Shown here piece by piece: positions 44,516-53,908 of a stretch of DNA of 64,000 nucleotides. The stretch's first letter is position 1, and each line of letters starts with the position of its first letter. The position numbers and the translations under genes were made by a program. The DNA is taken from positions 4,554-68,553 of the forward strand of contig JAUSED010000008.1 in NCBI GenBank assembly GCA_030650425.1, in the 5' to 3' direction. The stretch comes from Candidatus Omnitrophota bacterium (GTDB lineage: Bacteria > Omnitrophota > Gorgyraeia > Gygaellales > Profunditerraquicolaceae). The notes under the pieces are model-generated. The model saw only the letters and a program-made list of their open reading frames with translations, was not told where the DNA came from and searched no databases.

Positions 44516-45733
44516 ATGCCTACCGTAAAATTTCATACCTTAGGTTGTAAAGTCAATCAATACGATACTCAAAGTATCAGAGAACGTTTTTTGGAACAGG
44601 GATTCAGGGAAATCCGCGGCCGGGCTAAGCCAGCGGATTTCTACTTGATCAATACCTGTACCGTAACAGCGGTGGCCGACCAGAAATCCCGCGGAATTAT
44701 CCGGCGCTCGATTAAGGAAAACCCCAAAGCCAAAATAATCGTTACCGGATGCCTGGTTAAACAAGATAACGCTAAATTAGCTAAGCTAAAAGGCGTGAGT
44801 CTCATTATAAGCAAAAGTTTTTTTAGCGAAGGTATAAGCGATTTCTGCTCGCATACGCGAGCTTTCTTAAAAATTCAAGATGGTTGCGATAATTTTTGCT
44901 CTTATTGTAAAGTACCTTTGGCGCGCGGCAGGTCAAGAAGCAAACACTTAAATGACCTGATCAAGGAAGCCAATCGTTTGAGCGATAAAGGCTTTAAAGA
45001 GATTGTGCTTACCGGGATCTGTTTAGGCGCCTATGGCCGGGATTTAAGCCCAAAAATAGATTTAGTCAAGGCGATAGACGCGTTGGAAAAGATCGATGGA
45101 ATCTTGAGAATCAGGTTAAGTTCGATCGAGGCAGGGGATGTTACGGAAGCCTTAATCAACAAAATAGCCAAATCGCATAAGCTCTGCCGGCATCTGCATA
45201 TTCCTATTCAAAGCGGCAATGATCAAATCTTGAAAAAAATGCGGCGCAGATACACGCGCAAATTTTATCTTAAGCTGATCAAAAAAATAAGAAATAAAAT
45301 TCCAGAGGCGGCTATTACTACGGATTGCCTGATTGGTTTTCCGGGAGAGCTCCAGAAACATTTTCGGGATACCCTAGATTTAGTGAAGCGTATCTTACCG
45401 TTAAAAGTGCATATCTTTCCTTATTCGGCAAGAGAAGGGACCACTGCCTATTTAGAGCCGGCTTTTGGCTCCTTATCAGCGAAGGATATTAAAGAGCGTA
45501 TCATCAGCCTTAAGAATGTCGCTCGTTCTTGCTCTCAAGATTATCAGAAACGTTTTCTTGGAAGAGCGCTGCCTGTTCTCTTTGAAGGCAATTCCAAAGA
45601 AAAAAAAGATTATTGGGAAGGTTATACCGATAATTATATCAAGGTTTTATTTAAGTCCCGGCGGATTTTAAAAAATAAACTTGTTTGCGTCAAGCTTGAA
45701 AGTATTATTGGAGATTATGTTATAGCTGCTTAA
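44516..45733 (+). CDS. radical SAM methylthiotransferase, MtaB/MiaB-like
   Basis: 405 aa; N-terminal MTTase Cys triad, radical SAM CDNFCSYC, C-terminal TRAM-like domain. Confidence 0.78.
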   Translation: MPTVKFHTLGCKVNQYDTQSIRERFLEQGFREIRGRAKPADFYLINTCTVTAVADQKSRGIIRRSIKENPKAKIIVTGCLVKQDNAKLAKLKGVSLIISKSFFSEGISDFCSHTRAFLKIQDGCDNFCSYCKVPLARGRSRSKHLNDLIKEANRLSDKGFKEIVLTGICLGAYGRDLSPKIDLVKAIDALEKIDGILRIRLSSIEAGDVTEALINKIAKSHKLCRHLHIPIQSGNDQILKKMRRRYTRKFYLKLIKKIRNKIPEAAITTDCLIGFPGELQKHFRDTLDLVKRILPLKVHIFPYSAREGTTAYLEPAFGSLSAKDIKERIISLKNVARSCSQDYQKRFLGRALPVLFEGNSKEKKDYWEGYTDNYIKVLFKSRRILKNKLVCVKLESIIGDYVIAA

Positions 45734-45747
45734 AACACGGAAAACAC

Positions 45748-45845
45748 GGGACCGTTTCTATTTTCCCTAGTAGGGGACACTTTCCAACAGCCAGTAAACG
45801 CGTGTAGGAAAGTGTCCCCTGAGCGAAAAAAATAGAAACGGTCCC
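45748..45845. repeat. composite element (TIRs GGGACCGTTTCTATTTT / AAAAAAATAGAAACGGTCCC) with GTAG-GGGGACACTTTCC ... GTAG-GAAAGTGTCCCC
   Basis: After the MtaB-like gene. Confidence 0.75.
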
Positions 45846-45859
45846 AAGTTTTATTATAC

Positions 45860-45888
45860 TTGACAAAATGTGCCGATAATGGTATAAG
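45860..45888 (+). promoter_or_regulatory. strong sigma70-like promoter TTGACA-17-TATAAG for the major pilin, followed by ~150-nt 5' UTR
   Basis: -35 45860-45865, -10 45883-45888. Confidence 0.45.
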
Positions 45889-46036
45889 TAAAAAAGTAAA
45901 ATTAAAGGTGGCTTTGGCGCGGTAATAAGCGACCTCTTAAAAGAAGCTTGGAAGTTCTAATTTTACAATAACCAATAAGAGGCCAAGCAGAGAGCGCGAA
46001 AAGTTAATCTTACCTTAGAAAGGGGGATTTACAGAG

Positions 46037-46438
46037 ATGAATAGAAAAGGTTTTACGCTCGTCGAAATCATGATTGTCGTAGCGATCATCGCGTTATTAG
46101 CCGCTATCGCTATACCTAACTTGTTAAGCGCCAGAATGACCGCGAATACCGCGGCAGCCAAGGCGAATGTGCGTAGTTTATCCACAGCCGCAGAGACATT
46201 CTCTACCGCTAACAACGGTACGTACCCGTCTTCAGTGGCCAATTTAACTACTTTTATTAGTGCGGCAGGTTCTTATTGCGCGGATGCAGGCGGCGCGACA
46301 ACCGCAGTTCAGGGTTATAACTATGCTTGTACTTTGACTGCCGGCGGTTACTCTGTAGTAGCTGCTCCAGTGACGGTAGGTACAACTGGTACCACAACTT
46401 ACACCGCAACAACAGGAGGAGTGCTCACGCCATTATAA
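46037..46438 (+). CDS. pilA: type IV major pilin (PilA-like)
   Basis: MNRKG/FTLVEIMIVVAIIALLAAIAIPNLL; Thr-rich C-terminus; strong promoter, long 5' UTR and strong terminator. Confidence 0.88.
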   Translation: MNRKGFTLVEIMIVVAIIALLAAIAIPNLLSARMTANTAAAKANVRSLSTAAETFSTANNGTYPSSVANLTTFISAAGSYCADAGGATTAVQGYNYACTLTAGGYSVVAAPVTVGTTGTTTYTATTGGVLTPL

Positions 46439-46464
46439 AAGCACGCTTCTTATGAAGAGTTAGA

Positions 46465-46500
46465 AGGAGGAGAGGATAAAATTCTCTCCTCCTTTTTTTT
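46465..46500 (+). terminator. rho-independent terminator after the major pilin
   Basis: AGGAGGAGAGG-ATAAAATT-CTCTCCTCCT + TTTTTTTT. Confidence 0.7.
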
Positions 46501-46504
46501 CCGG

Positions 46505-46571
46505 TCATTGCGGGTAATTAAGTTGTAGCGGACATTTAAATGTCCGCTACAACTTCGCCGTTCGCAATGAC
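46505..46571. repeat. GTCATTGCGGG ... GTTGTAGCGGACATTTAAATGTCCGCTACAAC ... CGTTCGCAATGAC nested palindrome
   Basis: Inner palindrome recurs (GTAGCGGACACTTAAGTGTCCGCTAC) inside the downstream gene at 48223-48252. Confidence 0.7.
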
Positions 46572-46585
46572 GATAATTTACTATA

Positions 46586-48550
46586 GTGAATAAATCTAAA
46601 TTAATTTTATTTATAGGTATCCTTTTCATTCTCGCCTTATCCTGCGCGGCCGCCTATTCCAATTCCGTACACAATCCTTTTATCTGGGACGACGATGCCT
46701 TAGTGGTTAAGAATCCGCTGCTAAGCAACTGGTCGAATCTGCCGAAGGTATTCACCAGCGACCTGTATCCCGGGGTAACTGCCGGCTCAAACTTTTATCG
46801 TCCGCTGCAGACCATATCTTATATCTGGGATTATCATTTTTGGCAGCTGGATCCGTTTGGCTACCACCTTTCCAATATCATCCTGCAGATTTTAGTTTCT
46901 TTGCTCGTTTTCTTACTTACCCGGATTATGCTCAAGGATACAAAAATCGCTTTGGCCGCGGCTCTGTTATTTGCCTTAAATCCGCTGCATACGGAAGCGG
47001 TAACCTATATTTCCGGAAGGGCGGAGATGCTTATGGGATTATTTCTACTTGCTTCCCTAATTTTATTTATTAAGGGGCATCGAGTTTTTTCTCTTTTGAG
47101 CTTTATCTGCGGCTTGCTCTCTAAGGAGTTATCCGTAGTTTTTCCGTTAGTTATTTTAGCATATTTATTTTACTATAAGAGAGAGAAGCTAAAGAAGGCA
47201 CGCTACCTCCTAAAATCAGTTTTACCATTTTTGATTATAGATTTGATCTATTTAATCTTGAGGTCCGGTTTATTGCATTTTGCGACTATCAGGCCGCCGG
47301 CATTGACTAAATACCCCTTCATTTTAAGAGTGATAGTCTTTCCTAAAGTAATGCTGACCTATCTAAAGTTATTTATCCTTCCGGTCGATTTGCATATGAG
47401 CCGGACATTGGCGCGTCCGGTGAATTTTTTAAGCCTATTCTGGAGTTGTTTTTTTCTCGGGATGATCTTTGTGTTTTGCGCCTATATTTTAAAAAACTAT
47501 AAGCAAAGAAAGACAGCCGCGTTTATGCTCTGTTGGTTCTTGATTTTTCTTCTTCCTCAATCCGGGATCCTGCCGATTAACGCCTTTATCGCCGAGCACT
47601 TTATCTATCTGTCATCGATCAGCGTTTTTATCTTACTGGCTTATTTATTGCGTAAATATTTAAGGAGGGGACTTTTTATTTTTTCCGTCATCGGGCTTGC
47701 GCTATTCTACGCTATGCTTACTTATACGCGTAACTTTGACTGGAGCGATCCTTTAGTATTTTATTCCAAAATAATCAAATATTCTCCGGATAGCTTTCAG
47801 GCGCATAACAATTTAGGGTTGCAATACGAATACCGGCATGACTTGAGGAAAGCCATCTTGGAATATAAGCGGGCATTGGAAATAGAGCCTAAGCTGATTG
47901 AGGCGCGTTCTAATCTGGCTAATGCCTATTTTAAACTGGGTAAATTTAAGGACGCGCTTTCGGAGTACGCCCAAGTAGAGAAGAGTGCTCTGCGGGAAAA
48001 GGCCGGAGAGCTGCAGAACAATATCGGTTGTATTTATGAAGTTGAAGGATTGTTGGATGAAGCCTTAGATAGGTATAGGCTCGCTTTACGTTTAGACCCT
48101 GCCTTGAACTTTACGCATTTCAATATCGCCAGGATTTACGCGGCTAAGGCTAAGTTTGATTTGGCCGCCCAAGAGGTAATAAAATCGCTTCCTGAGCTAA
48201 GTCTTACTGATTTTTATAGCAGCCGTAGCGGACACTTAAGTGTCCGCTACGGAGATAAGGATAGATATGCTCAGGTAATTAGTGCCTACGTGAAATCGTC
48301 AAAAGCATTTCAATCGGGCGTAATATTCTATAATGATTTAGGCGTGAAGTTCGCATCTGAAAACCTGTTGGAGGGAGCAATTGCCGCGTTCAAAAGGGTG
48401 ATTGAGCTGGATCCGCTTTACGCTGACGCGCATTTTAATCTGGGGCTTGCCTTTTGGAAAAAAGGCTTAAAAAAAGAGGCGATTTTTGAGTTCAAGAGAG
48501 CGCTTAAAATAAATCCTAATCACTTGAATGCCAAAGGGTTCTTAAGATAA
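46586..48550 (+). CDS. polytopic membrane protein with C-terminal TPR repeats (PMT_2/TMTC-like glycosyltransferase candidate)
   Basis: 654 aa; GTG start; ~11 TM helices in first ~400 aa then TPR units; contains in-frame 30-bp palindrome at 48223-48252. Confidence 0.65.
   Translation: MNKSKLILFIGILFILALSCAAAYSNSVHNPFIWDDDALVVKNPLLSNWSNLPKVFTSDLYPGVTAGSNFYRPLQTISYIWDYHFWQLDPFGYHLSNIILQILVSLLVFLLTRIMLKDTKIALAAALLFALNPLHTEAVTYISGRAEMLMGLFLLASLILFIKGHRVFSLLSFICGLLSKELSVVFPLVILAYLFYYKREKLKKARYLLKSVLPFLIIDLIYLILRSGLLHFATIRPPALTKYPFILRVIVFPKVMLTYLKLFILPVDLHMSRTLARPVNFLSLFWSCFFLGMIFVFCAYILKNYKQRKTAAFMLCWFLIFLLPQSGILPINAFIAEHFIYLSSISVFILLAYLLRKYLRRGLFIFSVIGLALFYAMLTYTRNFDWSDPLVFYSKIIKYSPDSFQAHNNLGLQYEYRHDLRKAILEYKRALEIEPKLIEARSNLANAYFKLGKFKDALSEYAQVEKSALREKAGELQNNIGCIYEVEGLLDEALDRYRLALRLDPALNFTHFNIARIYAAKAKFDLAAQEVIKSLPELSLTDFYSSRSGHLSVRYGDKDRYAQVISAYVKSSKAFQSGVIFYNDLGVKFASENLLEGAIAAFKRVIELDPLYADAHFNLGLAFWKKGLKKEAIFEFKRALKINPNHLNAKGFLR
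48223..48252. repeat. perfect 30-bp palindrome CCGTAGCGGACACTTAAGTGTCCGCTACGG inside the TPR-membrane gene, in frame
   Basis: Encodes SRSGHLSVRYG. Confidence 0.7.
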
Positions 48551-48659
48551 TCCACCCACGAGATGTAGGGGCACGGCATGCCGCGCCCCTACATCGCAGT
48601 TGTACATGGGTAACAAAAAGTAATTGCTAAAAGCAGCCTTTATGTTAGAATAAATTAAC

Positions 48660-49109
48660 ATGAAAAATAAGCTTTCCGGGTTTAGCTTAGTCGAAATAAT
48701 GTTTGTAGTTTTTATTATTTCTTTCCTGGTTTCGCTGGCGGTAGTAGAAGGAGTGGTACTTAGGAAAAAAGCTAACGAAGCGAATGCCCAAGCCAATTTA
48801 AAATATATAGCTACGGGTTTCGAAATATACGCTGCCGGCCACGGAGGCGCGTATTCTTCCGGTAATGAAACTGACTTGCAGTTTTTAGTAGAGGCCAAAT
48901 GCGCCTCGCAGGATTTAGTGAGCATCGGCCAGATAGGGAATTTCCGCTATGTCGTTGATTCGATAACGCCTACAGGGTATGATATCCGGGCGATGGCGGT
49001 AAATACCGCTTTAGCCGACCATAATTATCAGATTTCGACTGGAGGCCTGATCAGGCGAAGCGACAGCTCGGGCACTCAAGACGCGGACTTTAAAGATTAC
49101 ACCTCATGA
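48660..49109 (+). CDS. pseudopilin (GspG/ComGC-like)
   Basis: MKNKLSG/FSLVEIMFVVFIISFLVSLAVV; paralogous to the next ORF. Confidence 0.65.
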   Translation: MKNKLSGFSLVEIMFVVFIISFLVSLAVVEGVVLRKKANEANAQANLKYIATGFEIYAAGHGGAYSSGNETDLQFLVEAKCASQDLVSIGQIGNFRYVVDSITPTGYDIRAMAVNTALADHNYQISTGGLIRRSDSSGTQDADFKDYTS

Positions 49110-49522
49110 AAAATAAGAGAGCCAGAAGTTTTGTGGTTATAATGATTGTCTTAGCCCTCTCTGCCTTGACTTTGAGAATGCTTATAGGAGAGATTATCAG
49201 CGTAACGAGCATCCAAAATGAGTCCAACGCTCAATCCACACTTAAACTTATTTCTACGGCTTTTGAGAACTATGCTAAGGATAACCAGGGAGCCTACCCG
49301 GCGAAAATTTCTGTTTTGATTCAAGCTAAGCCAGCCTATTTAGATAAGGATTATATAAAACTGTCTCCGATAAAAGGCTACAGTTATAGCTGCAGCCGGC
49401 TGGACGCGGCAGGATATAGCTGTCAGGCGTTTCCTAGCAGGTGTAAATTGACCGGTAAGCTGAATTTTAGCGTCACTACAGGTAGTTTATTAATCTCAGA
49501 TGACTGCGGAACAAGGGAATAA
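49106..49522 (+). CDS. degenerate pseudopilin paralogue
   Basis: 138 aa; hydrophobic N-terminus without canonical G/FxxxE; shares NE(A/S)NAQ(A/S)xLK(Y/L)I(A/S)T(G/A)FE motif with 48660 ORF. Confidence 0.5.
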   Translation: MKNKRARSFVVIMIVLALSALTLRMLIGEIISVTSIQNESNAQSTLKLISTAFENYAKDNQGAYPAKISVLIQAKPAYLDKDYIKLSPIKGYSYSCSRLDAAGYSCQAFPSRCKLTGKLNFSVTTGSLLISDDCGTRE

Positions 49523-49545
49523 ACAGCTGGAAACTCGAAATCCAA

Positions 49546-50577
49546 ATGCTAAATATTATTTCTAAATTAAAAGATAACTTTTCCGGGGAGAGGCTTTCTG
49601 TTGGATTGGATATCGGGAATTCCACGGTAAAGATAGTCAAGCTTAAATTTATTAAAGACGAAGTTACCCTCTGTGGCTTTGACATAGAGTCATCGACGTT
49701 GGAATTAAACGAGGTATTAAAGAAAATAAAACAGGCGCATGGCGCCGAATTGGTGAATATATCCGTTTCAGGGGCTCAAACCGTCATCCGCTACGCGAAT
49801 TTTCCCAAAATGAACGCTTCAGAATTAAGGCAGGCCTTGAAATTTGAAGCCCAGAAGCATATACCTTTTTCTGTTTCCGAAGTCAATCTTGACGGTTACA
49901 TTTTAGAAGATGATCTTCCTGATAATAAGATGTTGGTTTTAATCGCCGCGGTAAAAAAGGAACTAGTCTCCAGCCGCCTGAAGTTGTTGGAAAGCGTAAA
50001 TCTTGCCGCGAATTCCGTGGATATGGACTCTATCGCTTTGGTTAACGCCTTTAATTTTAATAATCCATCGGTTAGTAACGGGGAACATAAAGCAGCCGCC
50101 TTGTTGAATATCGGAGCTACCGTGAGCAATCTGGATATATTGGAAGCCGGTATGCCGCGCTTAAGCCGGGATATGCATATTGCCGGCAATACTTTTACCC
50201 ATAAAATAATGGATGTTTTCGGCATTGATTTTAATAATGCCGATAAGCTTAAGTTTGATCCCGAAAGCGATCCTGAAAAGAAGAATAAGATAAACGCGGC
50301 AGTGGAATCAGTGCTCTCCAATTTGGCTACCGAAATAAGGACATCTTTTGATTACTATGAGAGCCAGAATGCCTCTTCAGTGGCCAAGATTTTCTTAAGC
50401 GGCGGAGCTTCAAAATTCAATGGGTTAAAAGATATGCTTTCCCGGCTTTTGGGTTTAGAAGTGGAGAATTGGGATCCGCTTAAGCAGTTGCAGATTAATC
50501 AGGCTATCGGAGCTGAAAAAATTAAGGCAGCATCAGGCCAATTGGCGGTTGCCGTCGGACTGGCTTTACGCGCGTAA
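49546..50577 (+). CDS. pilM: type IV pilus assembly protein PilM
   Basis: 343 aa; actin-like ATPase fold motifs (GLDIGNSTVKIV, LNIGATVSNL). Confidence 0.8.
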   Translation: MLNIISKLKDNFSGERLSVGLDIGNSTVKIVKLKFIKDEVTLCGFDIESSTLELNEVLKKIKQAHGAELVNISVSGAQTVIRYANFPKMNASELRQALKFEAQKHIPFSVSEVNLDGYILEDDLPDNKMLVLIAAVKKELVSSRLKLLESVNLAANSVDMDSIALVNAFNFNNPSVSNGEHKAAALLNIGATVSNLDILEAGMPRLSRDMHIAGNTFTHKIMDVFGIDFNNADKLKFDPESDPEKKNKINAAVESVLSNLATEIRTSFDYYESQNASSVAKIFLSGGASKFNGLKDMLSRLLGLEVENWDPLKQLQINQAIGAEKIKAASGQLAVAVGLALRA

Positions 50578-50578
50578 G

Positions 50579-51178
50579 ATGATTGAGATTAATTTACTCC
50601 CGGAAGAGTTAAGAAATAAGGTAGTTAAGCTAAAGAAGCCCGAAGCCACGATAACCGCGGCTGGATTAGAGCCGAAACATTTTATTTTACTGATACCGCT
50701 TGCCTTTGGAATTTTAATCGGCCTCCAACTCATTATCGGCCTTCTTGGCCTAACCAAGTCTGTTCAAGCGCGTATGTTAGATGGGAAATGGAGCAGTCTT
50801 GAGCCCGAGCGAAAGGCGCTGAAAGAATTCAACGATAAATATAATCTTGTTTCCGAAGATACGCAGATAATACAACAGTTAATGCGGACCAGGGTTAATT
50901 GGTCAGAGAAACTCAATAGTCTTAGCTTAAATCTTCCCGCTGGAGTTTGGTTTGAAGAAATCTTGGTTAATTCCAAAGAATTGGCCTTGCAGGGCGCGGT
51001 AGTATCCCTGAATAAGGAAGAATTGAGTTTGATTAAGCAGCTAATCGATAATTTGAAGAATGACCCCGCTTTCTTTAGAGATTTTAATTACCTCGAAATG
51101 GGTTCGGCTAAAAAGAAGGCGTTTGGAAGTTACGATATTACCGAGTTTACCTTGAACGCCAGCCTTAAGGCAAAATGA
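50579..51178 (+). CDS. pilN: type IV pilus assembly protein PilN
   Basis: MIEINLLPEEL N-terminus, single TM, periplasmic domain. Confidence 0.72.
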   Translation: MIEINLLPEELRNKVVKLKKPEATITAAGLEPKHFILLIPLAFGILIGLQLIIGLLGLTKSVQARMLDGKWSSLEPERKALKEFNDKYNLVSEDTQIIQQLMRTRVNWSEKLNSLSLNLPAGVWFEEILVNSKELALQGAVVSLNKEELSLIKQLIDNLKNDPAFFRDFNYLEMGSAKKKAFGSYDITEFTLNASLKAK

Positions 51179-51780
51179 TTAACTTAGTGGAGAAGATTAA
51201 AAGTATTAAGATATTAGACCAGTTCGATCTGGACAATAAGAAGCTGATGCTGATCGTGTTGATCAGCGTGGTTGTATTTTATATAGACTTTAATTTTATT
51301 CTTAAGGCACAGGTTAGATGGCTCGCTAAGAGCGGGACGAAGGTGGAGAGGTTCAAGAAAGACTTGGATAATTTTAAAATAGATCTAAAAAAGATGCGGG
51401 ATTTAGAATCCAAGCAGACTCTTGCTTCCCAAAAGCCTGTTTCCAACGCCAAGAGCATTATTCCCGCGAATCAATTTTCGAGCTTACTGCAGGATATTTC
51501 TAGAACAGCCAATCATAATGATGTGAGGATCCTGCAGATAAAACCTTCCCGGATGCCGACGGAGAATCAGAGTAATAAGGCTAAGGTCCCGGTTAACCTT
51601 AATCCATTTATGGTTAATTTGGATTTATCCTGCGCTTACCATAACTTGGGGAAGTTTATTAATGAACTGGAAAACTTACAGGCTTTTGTTAGCTTGCGGG
51701 ATATTAAGATCGAACCGCAGGATGATAACTATCTTAAACAGAAGGTTAACCTTGCCTTGGTTACATATGTTAAGAAATAA
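51175..51780 (+). CDS. pilO: type IV pilus assembly protein PilO
   Basis: 201 aa; TM then coiled-coil; gene order. Confidence 0.62.
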   Translation: MINLVEKIKSIKILDQFDLDNKKLMLIVLISVVVFYIDFNFILKAQVRWLAKSGTKVERFKKDLDNFKIDLKKMRDLESKQTLASQKPVSNAKSIIPANQFSSLLQDISRTANHNDVRILQIKPSRMPTENQSNKAKVPVNLNPFMVNLDLSCAYHNLGKFINELENLQAFVSLRDIKIEPQDDNYLKQKVNLALVTYVKK

Positions 51781-52126
51781 AATATTGCTTATTTTATTTG
51801 TTGGCCTTTATAGCTTTTCTTTCGCGCAAGGCGATTTTATCTATCAGTCAAAAGGAAAACGCAATCCTTTTATCCCTTTAGTGAGCAAGGACGGCAGGTT
51901 AATGAAGTTGGACAAGGATGAGGGGCAAGGGAAATCCGATTTATTAGTGGATGGTATCATTTACGATAAACAAGGCATCTCCTATGCTTTAGTTAACGGG
52001 AGGGTCTTGGGAATCGGTGATTACGCGGGTGAATACAGGGTCTTAAAGATTACCAAAGATAAGGTAGCCTTTCTTAAAGATGATCAGATAAGGGAGGTTT
52101 TGATAAATAAGGAGGGGGAAAATTGA
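51767..52126 (+). CDS. pilP: PilP-like lipoprotein
   Basis: ATG 51767 gives signal peptide MLRNKILLILFVGLYSFSFAQG; RNPF motif and beta domain similar to 32215 ORF. Confidence 0.55.
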   Translation: MLRNKILLILFVGLYSFSFAQGDFIYQSKGKRNPFIPLVSKDGRLMKLDKDEGQGKSDLLVDGIIYDKQGISYALVNGRVLGIGDYAGEYRVLKITKDKVAFLKDDQIREVLINKEGEN

Positions 52127-53889
52127 AAAAATATACAATCCTTAGTTTTTTATTCTGGGCCTCATTATTTATTTTTTCCGTCTCTTCATTGGCTGAAAAC
52201 GCGCAGGTAGCTGTAGTTGTCTCTGCCCCGGGAGGTGTTGATACTTCCGGTATCGCGGAGAACCAAGTTAGAGAAAAAGAAAGCACGGCCCAGATATTGA
52301 GCGCCGCGGATAATGTAACTTTGGATTTTAAGGAAGCGGATATTCAGAACGTGCTTAAGATTATCTCTTATAAGTCCGGGGTGAACATCGTGAGTACCCC
52401 TGAAGTCTTAGGTAATGTAACCATCAGAATGCTGGATGTGCCTTGGGAGACGGCGCTGGATGTAATCTTGAAGACTTATGGCTATAGCTATCAGAAACAG
52501 GGGAATATAATCCTGGTCACTAAAATGGAGAATATGGCTAAACTGCAGGCAGAGGAACCGCTGCAGACCGAGGTCTTCACCCTTAAATACCTAGATGCTC
52601 AGGACGCGCAGAAGATCCTTATTCCCTTGCTTTCTCCGCGTGGAAAAATATCGGTATTGTATGCCCGGGGACAGAAGGGATGGCAATTCGGGACTTTTAA
52701 GATCGGCAAGGAGACCGTGGCCAGCGCTGCCTTGGCAAGAGAAAAACAGGAAGCTAAGTCTGAAACTGTTTCTATGGAAAATACCGCTAGCGGAGAACTT
52801 GTCTCGCGTAAGGCTGAATTTGATTCTACGGTAAAATCAAAAGTGCTTATTATAACCGATACCGCTCCATCCTTAGACAGGATCCGTAATCTGATCATAC
52901 CGACTATCGATAAAAAACCCAAACAGGTATTGATTGAAACCAAGATCTTGGAGGTTAAAAGGGATAAGCTAAAAGATTTGGGGATTGATTGGGGCTTAGG
53001 TAACGCCGGCGCCACCACACTTATCCCGCCGACGACTAAAACAGCGGGCGGGACCGTAGGCGGCCGCGTGTTAGGCGGCGGCGCGGGGACAAGTAAATTT
53101 ACTCCCGATGCTTTTAACCCTCTGGAGGGGACGACCGCTTTCCCGGGGACATACCCTTACGTAGCCGGAGCGACCTTTGTGTTTAATAAGCTCGGAGGGG
53201 TGGAATATCAGGTAGTCTTGCATGCTTTAGAGGAAGACGCCAACACAAACACCTTATCCGCCCCGCGTATCCTGACCTTGGATAATCAAGAGGCCTCTAT
53301 TTTAGTCGGTTTCCATACCCCAATCCTTAGCTCCAGCGTCACCGCCGGAGACGCCAATTCCGGGCCCACGCAGACGCAGACCCTGGATTATTATCAGGAG
53401 ATCGGTATCCGGTTGAATGTCGTGCCGCAAATCAGCGACGAGGGTTACATCAATATGATTATCCATCCGAGCGTCACCTCTTCGACTTCCAATGTGACGG
53501 CTACGAATGTCGCCGGCACAGGGGATGACCAAACCACAACTACAGTTGATTATCCGATTATCGACGTGCGCGAGGCGCAGACGCAGGTCTTAATTAAAAA
53601 TAACGATACCATTGTTATCGGCGGCCTGCTTAAGGACGTCAAGACCAAGGAAAAAATCGGCGTCCCCTTCCTGATGGATATTCCCTGGTTGGGAAAGTTT
53701 TTTACCCGTCAGACGGATAATGTGCAAAAAATTGACCTGTTGATATTTATTACGGCGAGGATAGTTGAAGAGGGCGAACTTAGTAAAGACGAATTAGCCA
53801 GATTTAAAGAAGGCGTTGATTACGCGGCGCCAGTTGAGAAAAGCAAAGCAGTTAAAAAGAAGGGCTGGGATTCTTTGTTAGCCCCTTAG
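52123..53889 (+). CDS. pilQ: type IV pilus secretin PilQ (second copy)
   Basis: 588 aa; signal peptide; secretin C-domain (VIGGLL...VPFLMDIPWLGKFF...LIFITARIV). Confidence 0.85.
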   Translation: MKKYTILSFLFWASLFIFSVSSLAENAQVAVVVSAPGGVDTSGIAENQVREKESTAQILSAADNVTLDFKEADIQNVLKIISYKSGVNIVSTPEVLGNVTIRMLDVPWETALDVILKTYGYSYQKQGNIILVTKMENMAKLQAEEPLQTEVFTLKYLDAQDAQKILIPLLSPRGKISVLYARGQKGWQFGTFKIGKETVASAALAREKQEAKSETVSMENTASGELVSRKAEFDSTVKSKVLIITDTAPSLDRIRNLIIPTIDKKPKQVLIETKILEVKRDKLKDLGIDWGLGNAGATTLIPPTTKTAGGTVGGRVLGGGAGTSKFTPDAFNPLEGTTAFPGTYPYVAGATFVFNKLGGVEYQVVLHALEEDANTNTLSAPRILTLDNQEASILVGFHTPILSSSVTAGDANSGPTQTQTLDYYQEIGIRLNVVPQISDEGYINMIIHPSVTSSTSNVTATNVAGTGDDQTTTTVDYPIIDVREAQTQVLIKNNDTIVIGGLLKDVKTKEKIGVPFLMDIPWLGKFFTRQTDNVQKIDLLIFITARIVEEGELSKDELARFKEGVDYAAPVEKSKAVKKKGWDSLLAP

Positions 53890-53908
53890 TTATTTGAACA
53901 TAGAATAA

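Noticed and set aside
44516-45733. Radical SAM gene as the third member of a complete AmmeMemoRadiSam system with 42181-43671
   Set aside because: Its architecture (N-terminal MTTase Cys triad, CxxxCxxC, C-terminal TRAM-like domain, 405 aa) is MtaB/MiaB-type, not the PFL-activase-like AmmeMemoRadiSam enzyme, and rsmE lies between
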